A stretch of 64,000 bases of DNA, taken from NCBI GenBank assembly GCA_964016885.1, contig OZ024743.1, positions 55,924,001 through 55,988,000 on the forward strand. The letters run 5' to 3'. The stretch's first letter is position 1; the number at the start of each line of letters is the position of its first letter. The notes under the pieces were generated by a model. It was given only the letters and a program-made list of their open reading frames with translations, ran no database searches and had not been told where the DNA came from. A program made the translations under genes and the position numbers. Of the stretch, positions 43,727 to 57,528 are shown piece by piece. The stretch comes from Eledone cirrhosa. Its lineage: Eukaryota.

Positions 43727-44036
43727 TCCTATGTGACACATTGGGAAAGTGATTCATTTATCATAGCCTCGGATCAACCTATACCTTTTCCGTGAAATTG
43801 GGTAGACAGAAACTGTTTGGAAGCCCGTAGAATGAACTGTGTCTGAAATTCAACGAAACAACTTTGTCGTTGCTGTGTCCACTACGTTCATGGTGTATGT
43901 TTATGTGGAATGCTCAGCCACTTTCACGTTAATTTTATGAGTAGGCTGCTCGTTTTTCCGAACAACTGGAAAATCACCCTTGTATGTATGTCTGTGTGTC
44001 TGTGTGTCTTTCTGTATATGTGTATGTGTGTATGTA

Positions 44037-44129
<93 letters not shown>

Positions 44130-44222
44130 GTTATATAGTAAGGTGCAATATTGGTTGTGTAAAATGGTCCAATAACTTTATGTTAGCAATATTAAGTTCT
44201 CCACGCTTTTGTATATCTCCAA

Positions 44223-44322
44223 TTCCATTCATTTTCACCTGATGAGATCAGTGATAATCGATCATGGCTTCACAATCGATCTATCTCTTATTGAAACATG
44301 TGTCGTGATTAAATGATTGGAA
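44223..44322 (+). ncRNA. Type I hammerhead ribozyme in a PLE-type tail (44127-44352) between (TA)n tracts
   Basis: TTCCATTCATTTTCAC-CTGATGA-(47 nt)-GAAA-CATGTG-TC-GTGATTAAATGATTGGAA; GUC site; extended bulged stem I. Confidence 0.75.
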
Positions 44323-44349
44323 TTTTACCTTGCCTTCGGATTTTCATTT

Positions 44350-44390
<41 letters not shown>

Positions 44391-45299
44391 TAAACGGAAT
44401 AGAAAATGCTGACAAATTGTTCACAGTTGAAAAATGGTTTAATTAGGAATAAAAGAGTATTAGTGATTGTATGGGTTAGTATTCAGTTGTGGTTTTAAGT
44501 TTTTAAGTTTTTACCAGTTGCGAATTTCTAAATGCTTTTCAAAAATAATTTTGAGATAGAGTGTCCGTGCTGTTTGCTCTGATCTGATTAGTTTTGGGAA
44601 TTCTACCTGTTTTTATGTTAAAAAAGTGGCTCCAGCGTTATTTTTGTGTTGCAAAAATGCTTGTGGTCAAAACAATTTTGATTGGTCGGTAGAGGTCATG
44701 TGAAACGCACAGACATATATATATATATATATATATCTGTGCGTTTGATTTTGTATATGTAAGAGGGATTAGAGATGTTACTTCACTACATGATTTGTTA
44801 GTGTGTTCAGCTCACGATCAGAAGGACGGGATTTCGATTCTCAGCGATACATTGTGCCCTTAAGCAAGCCATTTTTTCATAAAGTATTATTGTTGCTATT
44901 GTTGATTTGTTGATGCTGTTGCTACGACTCACGCCGATGAGGTTAATTCTAATGGGAGGTTTCTCGAGGGTTTTGACAATAGGGGTCTCAATCCTATCTT
45001 GAAAAGTCTTCCAACTGCACCCGGTAGCGCATACTCATATTGGTTTGGTAGATTTTCTACGAAGTTACATCTCATAGGAGGTTTCTTTGGTGTCTTTAAT
45101 AATAGAGATCGCAGACTTTCCATGTAAAGATGCCAGCTTCTATATTAGATTCATTACCTCAGTACTGAGCGATTAAGCATCACTGATGATGGATTAACGA
45201 TACTGAAATACACATATTCGGCATTCTCACATTTCTACTAAGGTAGCTATGGTAGGATCTACTAATTAAAATAATTAGAGGTAATTAGTGTTTATTATG

Positions 45300-47020
45300 C
45301 GTAAAACATTTTTTCTTCCATATATCTGTTACCGGTACCATGACATAGTTCCTCCTCCAACTTATCCAGTCTAGCATTTCCCTCTGAATTTCCCCTGCCC
45401 CCAACAAGGAGTCATCTTCAAGAATATCCTTCAACGCTGTGGTTGGGCTCCCAATTCGTCTGCACGTATCAGGTTTCCAGAAAAGAACTCTGCCAGTAGA
45501 GTTAATGTCCGTTTAATACGAGCTTCCTGCACTTTATACAGTCAGAAAGGCGAGGGTGTGAGCCATAGAGGGATTTGTTTGCTACGTGTGTTCTCTGGGA
45601 TATATAGTGGGCCTTTCTCAACATCTGGGTGAAAGTGCCATTAATTCTGTTTGGTAGTGTTTTTATCAGTGTCCATGACTCGCATCCGTAGAGGAGAATA
45701 GACATAACCGTTGCTTTGAATAGCTTCATTTTTCTGGTTTTCTTTATCGGAGACACCCAGGCCTTTTTTAGGGAGTTGAGAGTCCCCTCCTCATGTCTTG
45801 CCTATTCTGGTGTCCACATCATGCTCTGTGTCATAAAACTGCCAAGGTACAAGACGTCATCCAGTTCCTCAATCTTCGAACATGTCTAGCGCATGCATTT
45901 GTTTATTTGACGTTTATGAATTTTGTTTTGCCAGCATTCAAGACGGGTCCAATGGACTCCGCTGCAGTCTCCATTCTGTGAGGCACGTCCTCGGCTTCTT
46001 TGCGGGTGTTTTCCAGGAGAGCTGTGTCATCTGCGTAAACCACTTCAGGTAGAACTTCCGTCAGATTTGGGGTGCTTTGTCGACTTTTCAGTATTATTCC
46101 ATCTGACGGTTCAATGGCATTATGCAGTGCATAATCATGGCATATCACGAAATGGAAAGGGGTCAAAGGATATCTCTGGAGAACTCCGGTCCCAATGGAT
46201 AATAGGTCTGAGTTTCCCTAGGATTTCATCACTTTAATTACATTCACAATCTGATGGGATACCTCATAACCGAGAAGGATTTTGAGGATCTTGTTTCGGT
46301 CGATCGAATCAAAAGCCTTCTTGAAATCTATTAATAAAATTGTGGCCTCCTTCTTGTGATTCTGTACCTCCTCAACAATCCTTCTTAGATCCAAGATGTG
46401 TAAGGCAGTCGAACAAAATGGCTGAAATACATTTTGCCTCTAATGCAGTCTGCTGTCTATATTTGATCTGATCCTATTCAGGATCATCCTATTGTAAGTC
46501 TTTGCTGTAATTGGCATAAGACTGATGCCTCTATAGTTAATGTGGATAGTAAGGGCACCTTTTGGGGTACTGGAATTATTGCCGATATTCTCCATGCCTG
46601 AGTTTCGATGCAGAAGTCTCTTAGAAACTTGCGAGCTTTGGGTAGTTTCTATAGGTCTACATTTAGGCCATCAAACCCAGGAGATTTGCCTGGTTTCATT
46701 GCGTTTAGTGCATTGTTCACCTCTTCTATGGAGAATTCAGCAATGTTTACCTCTGGATGGACTTCAAATACTGGATCAATCGGTGTGTCAGACTCCAATG
46801 ATTGTCAGCTGATAGGTGTTTGTGGAAATGCTTCCTCCATGTCACAAGGCAGTCTTCTCCTTGGATATATATCACAGTCTTCCTCATCTTCTTACCAAAA
46901 AGTTCTTTTATCAGTGTCCAAGCTTCTCTCGGTGTGTTGTTTCTATTCTCAAAATCAGCCAGATTCTTACAACCTCCAGATGATTGAAAATATAGCGTTG
47001 AATTATCTGTGTTAGCGCTA
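45300..47020 (-). pseudogene. Decayed RTE LINE RT region
   Basis: NYRGISL, DFKKAFDSI, VVYADDTALL, KLFKATVMSILLYGCESWTL; several frameshifts. Confidence 0.9.
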
Positions 47021-47023
47021 TTG

Positions 47024-47070
<47 letters not shown>

Positions 47071-47092
47071 ATGATATATATATATATATATA

Positions 47093-49099
47093 TTGGAATA
47101 AATGCTCTGAAATAGCGATATATATATGAATATAGACATAGAATATTCGAAAATATTCTGTATGTTTATAATAAACATTTTGAAGACCTAATCGCTATAG
47201 AATAGAATACGTCACGTATTACAATTAGATTCTCGATAAAAGCAAGGGAAGTAATCTACGCGTTTCATTCTTGTTAGAATTCATCAGGACTACATATCCA
47301 GTGCTTTTATCGAGAATGACACAGCTAGAGACTTATAGAATACTTAGCTGTGTACAGGAACTGGTTTGAAAGAGCGGTTGCCGGTCCGGCAGAAATTAGA
47401 AATTGGAATAAATGCTCTGAAATAGCGATATATATATGAATATAGACATAGAATATTCGAAAATATTCTGTATGTTTATAATAAACATTTTGAAGACCTA
47501 ATCGCTATAGAATAGAATACGTCACGTATTACAATTAGATTCTCGATAAAAGCAAGGGAAGTAATCTACGCGTTTCATTCTTGTTAGAATTCATCAGGAC
47601 TACATATCCAGTGCTTTTATCGAGAATGACACAGCTAGAGACTTATAGAATACTTAGCTGTGTACAGGAACTGGTTTGAAAGAGCGGTTGCCGGTCCGGC
47701 AGAAATTAGAAATTGGAATAAATGCTCTGAAATAGCGATATATATATGAATATAGACATAGAATATTCGAAAATATTCTGTATGTTTATAATAAACATTT
47801 TGAAGACCTAATCGCTATAGAATAGAATACGTCACGTATTACAATTAGATTCTAGATAAAAGCAAGGGAAGTAATCTACGCGTTTCATTCTTGTTAGAAT
47901 TCATCAGGACTACATATCCAGTGCTTTTATCGAGAATGACACAGCTAGAAACTTATAGAATACTTAGCTGTGTACAGGAACTGGTTTGAAAGAGCGGTTG
48001 CCGGTCCGGCAGAAATTAGAAATTGGAATAAATGCTCTGAAATAGCGATATATATATGAATATAGACATAGAATATTCGAAAATATTCTGTATGTTTATA
48101 ATAAACATTTTGAAGACCTAATCGCTATAGAATAGAATACGTCACGTATTACAATTAGATTCTCGATAAAAGCAAGGGAAGTAATCTACGCGTTTCATTC
48201 TTGTTAGAATTCATCAGGACTACATATCCAGTGCTTTTATCGAGAATGACACAGCTAGAGACTTATAGAATACTTAGCTGTGTACAGGAACTGGTTTGAA
48301 AGAGCGGTTGCCGGTCCGGCAGAAATTAGAAATTGGAATAAATGCTCTGAAATAGCGATATATATATGAATATAGACATAGAATATTCGAAAATATTCTG
48401 TATGTTTATAATAAACATTTTGAAGACCTAATCGCTATAGAATAGAATACGTCACGTATTACAATTAGATTCTCGATAAAAGCAAGGGAAGTAATCTACG
48501 CGTTTCATTCTTGTTAGAATTCATCAGGACTACATATCCAGTGCTTTTATCGAGAATGACACAGCTAGAGACTTATAGAATACTTAGCTGTGTACAGGAA
48601 CTGGTTTGAAAGAGCGGTTGCCGGTCCGGCAGAAATTAGAAATTGGAATAAATGCTCTGAAATAGCGATATATATATGAATATAGACATAGAATATTCGA
48701 AAATATTCTGTATGTTTATAATAAACATTTTGAAGACCTAATCGCTATAGAATAGAATACGTCACGTATTACAATTAGATTCTCGATAAAAGCAAGGGAA
48801 GTAATCTACGCGTTTCATTCTTGTTAGAATTCATCAGGACTACATATCCAGTGCTTTTATCGAGAATGACACAGCTAGAGACTTATAGAATACTTAGCTG
48901 TGTACAGGAACTGGTTTGAAAGAGCGGTTGCCGGTCCGGCAGAAATTAGAAATTGGAATAAATGCTCTGAAATAGCGATATATATATGAATATAGACATA
49001 GAATATTCGAAAATATTCTGTATGTTTATAATAAACATTTTGAAGACCTAATCGCTATAGAATAGAATAGAATACGTCACGTATTACAATTAGATTCTC
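47093..49099 (-). repeat. Tandem array of a 310-bp hammerhead-containing unit (~6.5 copies, 6 ribozymes), left arm
   Basis: AATGCTCTGA recurs at 47101, 47411, 47721, 48031, 48341, 48651 and 48961. Confidence 0.97.
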
Positions 49100-52000
49100 T
49101 AATTTCTGCCGGACCGGCAACCGCTCTTTCAAACCAGTTCCTGTACACAGCTAAGTATTCTATAAGTCTCTAGCTGTGTCATTCTCGATAAAAGCACTGG
49201 ATATGTAGTCCTGATGAATTCTAACAAGAATGAAACGCGTAGATTACTTCCCTTGCTTTTATCGAGAATCTAATTGTAATACGTGACGTATTCTATTCTA
49301 TAGCGATTAGGTCTTCAAAATGTTTATTATAAACATACAGAATATTTTCGAATATTCTATGTCTATATTCATATATATATCGCTATTTCAGAGCATTTAT
49401 TCCAATTTCTAATTTCTGCCGGACCGGCAACCGCTCTTTCAAACCAGTTCCTGTACACAGCTAAGTATTCTATAAGTCTCTAGCTGTGTCATTCTCGATA
49501 AAAGCACTGGATATGTAGTCCTGATGAATTCTAACAAGAATGAAACGCGTAGATTACTTCCCTTGCTTTTATCGAGAATCTAATTGTAATACGTGACGTA
49601 TTCTATTCTATAGCGATTAGGTCTTCAAAATGTTTATTATAAACATACAGAATATTTTCGAATATTCTATGTCTATATTCATATATATATCGCTATTTCA
49701 GAGCATTTATTCCAATTTCTAATTTCTGCCGGACCGGCAACCGCTCTTTCAAACCAGTTCCTGTACACAGCTAAGTATTCTATAAGTCTCTAGCTGTGTC
49801 ATTCTCGATAAAAGCACTGGATATGTAGTCCTGATGAATTCTAACAAGAATGAAACGCGTAGATTACTTCCCTTGCTTTTATCGAGAATCTAATTGTAAT
49901 ACGTGACGTATTCTATTCTATAGCGATTAGGTCTTCAAAATGTTTATTATAAACATACAGAATATTTTCGAATATTCTATGTCTATATTCATATATATAT
50001 CGCTATTTCAGAGCATTTATTCCAATTTCTAATTTCTGCCGGACCGGCAACCGCTCTTTCAAACCAGTTCCTGTACACAGCTAAGTATTCTATAAGTCTC
50101 TAGCTGTGTCATTCTCGATAAAAGCACTGGATATGTAGTCCTGATGAATTCTAACAAGAATGAAACGCGTAGATTACTTCCCTTGCTTTTATCGAGAATC
50201 TAATTGTAATACGTGACGTATTCTATTCTATAGCGATTAGGTCTTCAAAATGTTTATTATAAACATACAGAATATTTTCGAATATTCTATGTCTATATTC
50301 ATATATATATCGCTATTTCAGAGCATTTATTCCAATTTCTAATTTCTGCCGGACCGGCAACCGCTCTTTCAAACCAGTTCCTGTACACAGCTAAGTATTC
50401 TATAAGTCTCTAGCTGTGTCATTCTCGATAAAAGCACTGGATATGTAGTCCTGATGAATTCTAACAAGAATGAAACGCGTAGATTACTTCCCTTGCTTTT
50501 ATCGAGAATCTAATTGTAATACGTGACGTATTCTATTCTATAGCGATTAGGTCTTCAAAATGTTTATTATAAACATACAGAATATTTTCGAATATTCTAT
50601 GTCTATATTCATATATATATCGCTATTTCAGAGCATTTATTCCAATTTCTAATTTCTGCCGGACCGGCAACCGCTCTTTCAAACCAGTTCCTGTACACAG
50701 CTAAGTATTCTATAAGTCTCTAGCTGTGTCATTCTCGATAAAAGCACTGGATATGTAGTCCTGATGAATTCTAACAAGAATGAAACGCGTAGATTACTTC
50801 CCTTGCTTTTATCGAGAATCTAATTGTAATACGTGACGTATTCTATTCTATAGCGATTAGGTCTTCAAAATGTTTATTATAAACATACAGAATATTTTCG
50901 AATATTCTATGTCTATATTCATATATATATCGCTATTTCAGAGCATTTATTCCAATTTCTAATTTCTGCCGGACCGGCAACCGCTCTTTCAAACCAGTTC
51001 CTGTACACAGCTAAGTATTCTATAAGTCTCTAGCTGTGTCATTCTCGATAAAAGCACTGGATATGTAGTCCTGATGAATTCTAACAAGAATGAAACGCGT
51101 AGATTACTTCCCTTGCTTTTATCGAGAATCTAATTGTAATACGTGACGTATTCTATTCTATAGCGATTAGGTCTTCAAAATGTTTATTATAAACATACAG
51201 AATATTTTCGAATATTCTATGTCTATATTCATATATATATCGCTATTTCAGAGCATTTATTCCAATTTCTAATTTCTGCCGGACCGGCAACCGCTCTTTC
51301 AAACCAGTTCCTGTACACAGCTAAGTATTCTATAAGTCTCTAGCTGTGTCATTCTCGATAAAAGCACTGGATATGTAGTCCTGATGAATTCTAACAAGAA
51401 TGAAACGCGTAGATTACTTCCCTTGCTTTTATCGAGAATCTAATTGTAATACGTGACGTATTCTATTCTATAGCGATTAGGTCTTCAAAATGTTTATTAT
51501 AAACATACAGAATATTTTCGAATATTCTATGTCTATATTCATATATATATCGCTATTTCAGAGCATTTATTCCAATTTCTAATTTCTGCCGGACCGGCAA
51601 CCGCTCTTTCAAACCAGTTCCTGTACACAGCTAAGTATTCTATAAGTCTCTAGCTGTGTCATTCTCGATAAAAGCACTGGATATGTAGTCCTGATGAATT
51701 CTAACAAGAATGAAACGCGTAGATTACTTCCCTTGCTTTTATCGAGAATCTAATTGTAATACGTGACGTATTCTATTCTATAGCGATTAGGTCTTCAAAA
51801 TGTTTATTATAAACATACAGAATATTTTCGAATATTCTATGTCTATATTCATATATATATCGCTATTTCAGAGCATTTATTCCAATTTCTAATTTCTGCC
51901 GGACCGGCAACCGCTCTTTCAAACCAGTTCCTGTACACAGCTAAGTATTCTATAAGTCTCTAGCTGTGTCATTCTCGATAAAAGCACTGGATATGTAGTC

Positions 52001-52470
52001 CTGATGAATTCTAACAAGAATGAAACGCGTAGATTACTTCCCTTGCTTTTATCGAGAATCTAATTGTAATACGTGACGTATTCTATTCTATAGCGATTAG
52101 GTCTTCAAAATGTTTATTATAAACATACAGAATATTTTCGAATATTCTATGTCTATATTCATATATATATCGCTATTTCAGAGCATTTATTCCAATTTCT
52201 AATTTCTGCCGGACCGGCAACCGCTCTTTCAAACCAGTTCCTGTACACAGCTAAGTATTCTATAAGTCTCTAGCTGTGTCATTCTCGATAAAAGCACTGG
52301 ATATGTAGTCCTGATGAATTCTAACAAGAATGAAACGCGTAGATTACTTCCCTTGCTTTTATCGAGAATCTAATTGTAATACGTGACGTATTCTATTCTA
52401 TAGCGATTAGGTCTTCAAAATGTTTATTATAAACATACAGAATATTTTCGAATATTCTATGTCTATATTC
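49098..52470 (+). repeat. Tandem array of the same 310-bp unit (~10.9 copies, 11 ribozymes), right arm, inverted relative to the left
   Basis: AATTTCTGCC recurs every 310 bp from 49101 to 52201. Confidence 0.97.
49205..49247 (+). ncRNA. Type I hammerhead ribozyme of the 310-bp unit (repeats every 310 bp; first minus copy 47251-47293)
   Basis: GTAGTC-CTGATGA-ATTCT-AACA-AGAAT-GAAA-CGCG-TA-GATTAC; all core nucleotides intact; predicted cleavage after 49241. Confidence 0.92.
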
Positions 52471-52496
<26 letters not shown>

Positions 52497-52501
<5 letters not shown>

Positions 52502-52804
52502 ATGATATTAAATAAATGGAAACTATATTTATAAAACCATATTTATTTTATTATATATATTTCAAGGGTACCAAAACACTTTGATGCGCTTTCTTCAGAT
52601 AAAATACAAGTTTGTTTTATAAATAGAGACATACCCAGGAAAATCATACCTTATCAGTTGGATATTCTCTGGATAGTGGAAATGTATAATGGATTTTTCA
52701 AACTTATGGATGAATATGCAAATGAATATGTAAATAATTGAAAAACAACCGTTTATTTAAACGACTATGGAGAGAGAGAAGAGAGAAGAGAAGAAGGACA
52801 AAAT

Positions 52805-52861
<57 letters not shown>

Positions 52862-55066
52862 AGGAAAAAAAGCGAAGATGAGTAAAAAAAACTCATATAA
52901 CGTTAATTTGAGGGAAATATATTCGAACAATTATCTATGTAAGTATATATCTTAATAGTATGTGTATTTATATTAAAGGGATATTTTACGATTATTAGTT
53001 GTTTAAAATTTGTTTATAATATAATATTTTTCTTCTGTTATAAGTAGATAAATAAATAAATAAATAAATAAATGGGTATATCATGTTATAGATAGTTGTT
53101 CAAATGTGGGATATTGGTTTTGTATTTTATGTAAATAAATATGTATTTAAAATTGAGAATAATTTAAAATTAAATCAATCATATAAATATAAATATTCTT
53201 ACTTAACTCAGTTAATTTAATTTAATTTAATTTAAAATTAAATTAAATTAACTGAGTTAAGTAAGAATATTTATATTTATATGATTGAAAAGGGAAGATA
53301 AGGAAAAAAACTCCGGTTTTATTTATTTATTCGTTAGTGTGAGACTATTTAGTCAAAATAAGTATGGATGTTTAAGATGTTTTTAAATGTTTTTTTTTAA
53401 TATTTAAAAGAATTTTGAAAAATATTGAAAAAAATATTGAAAAAATATTGAAAAAATATTGAAAAAATTTCAAAAAAGTTTGAAAAAATTTTGAAAAAAT
53501 TCTTGAGAAAATTTTTTTTAAATCTTTTTTTTTTAAATGTTATAAGAGATAAGTAATTTTTAAAAGAATAAAAAATTATTAAAATTAAAATTTTTTTAAA
53601 TTAGAATTATATACGTATATATTATATGAACATTTTTAAGAAGTGGAAGTACAGCAAATGTTAGAGATATTATGATTTAGAGATATCAATATATTAAAAC
53701 CAAGTAGATGAGATTGTTTTAAAATTCGCTGGAATAACCACAATTTTTCTTTCCGAAGATTTGATAAAAAATCTTCAACTTCTCTTTCAAACCTGATATG
53801 GAACTTAAAATGCAAGAATATGGACTATTAATTAGCTTGGGAAACAGTTTCAGAAGCACCCGCGTACCGAAACACAGCTTTATCTAGATTCTGTATTGAG
53901 GAAATTTTTATATTGTTAACTGTAAAAACTCTATAAATCTAAGAACGAATTTATTTAATTCTTGTAGACATCGCCAGAATTCAACATTCAGAACTATATA
54001 TAACTTATAATTTATACTTATAATATTCCTATTAATCTCCATAACAATCTCATCTACTTGGTTTTAATATATTGATATCTCTAAATCATAATATCTCTAA
54101 CATTTGCTGTACTTCCACTTCTTAAAAATGTTCATATAATATATACGTATTTAATTCTAATTTTTTTAAATTTTAATTTTAATAATTTTTTATTTCTTTA
54201 AAAATTACTTATCTCTTATACATTTTTTTTTTAAAGTTTTTTTTTAATTTTCCCAAGAATTTTTTCAAAATTTTTTTTGAAATTTTTTGAAATTTTTTCA
54301 ATATTTTTCTCAACATTTTTTCAATATTTTTCAATATTCTTTTAAATACTTTTTTTTTATATTTTCTCAAGATTAATAACCACTAACTGATTCTGGCTAA
54401 ATGTATCTTAAACATCCATACTTATTTTGACTAAATAGTCTCACACTAACGAATAAATAAATAAAACCGGAGTATTTTCCTTATCTTCCCTTTTCAATCA
54501 TATATATATAAATATTCTTTCTTAACTCAGTTAATTTAATTTAATTTAATTTAATTTAATTTTAAATCATTCTCAATTTTAAATATATATTTATTTACAT
54601 AAAATACAAAACCAATATCCCTCATTAGAACAACTATCTATAACATGATATATCCACAGTGAGTGTGTTCTGTTATTAATTCTGGCAATATTACACAAAT
54701 ATGACCCTCCCAAGTATAACAATATTTATTTATTTATCTACTTATAACAGAAGAAAAATATTATATTATAAACAAATTTTAAACAACTAATAATCGTAAA
54801 ATATCCCTTTAATATAAATACACATACTATTAAGATATATACTTACATATATACATAGATAATTGTTCGAATATATTTCCCTCGAATTAACGTTATATGA
54901 GTTTTTTTTACTCATCTTCGCTTTTTTCCTTCTTCTCTCTCTCTTCCTTTCAGTATTTTGTCCTTCTTCTCTTCTCTCTTCTCTCTCTCCATAGTCGTTT
55001 AAATAAACGGTTGTTTTTCAATTATTTACATATTCATTTGCATATTCAGCCATAAGTTTGAAAAGT
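52497..55066. mobile_element. AT-rich PLE: GIY-YIG C-terminal relic (~53720-54005, plus) with ~1-kb inverted 3' regions
   Basis: STSLSNLIWNLK...AWETVSEAPAY...FCIEE...INLRTNLFNSCRH; about 52697-53718 is the inverse of about 54044-55064. A family-H tail fragment is inserted at about 54655-54722. Confidence 0.8.
52544..52606 (-). ncRNA. Type I hammerhead ribozyme
   Basis: TATTTTAT-CTGAAGA-AAG...CTT-GAAA-TATATA-TA-ATAAAATA. Confidence 0.8.
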
Positions 55067-55104
55067 CCCCAAACAGCCTGAATTATTAGCCTAACTGTAC
55101 GGCT

Positions 55105-55243
55105 AATAATTGTTTCTACTTTAGGCACAAGGCCAGCAATTACCCAGTGCATTACTGGTACTTTATTTTATCGACCCCGGAAGGATGAAAGGCAAAGTCA
55201 ACCTCGGCGGGATTTGAACTCAGATCGTAAAGGGACGTAACTA
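55105..55243 (-). mobile_element. tRNA-derived SINE
   Basis: Family match with B box. Confidence 0.75.
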
Positions 55244-55423
55244 TAAATAATTCAGGCTATTTGTTTACAAACAAACCGAGCATTATAATAAATGTTCGGT
55301 AAACTCATACATACATATATATATATATGTGCATGTATGTATGTGTATGCATACTACTATACGTCCGTATACATATGTATACATATATATGTATACATAT
55401 ATGTATGTACGTATACATACTTG

Positions 55424-57495
<2,072 letters not shown>

Positions 57496-57528
57496 GTATA
57501 TATATATATATATATATATACCAATATA

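Noticed and set aside
47093-52470. CRISPR array or centromeric satellite interpretation
   Set aside because: No variable spacers or cas genes, and the context is eukaryotic. Intact hammerheads, (TA)n flanks and the duplicated target fit a retrozyme better.
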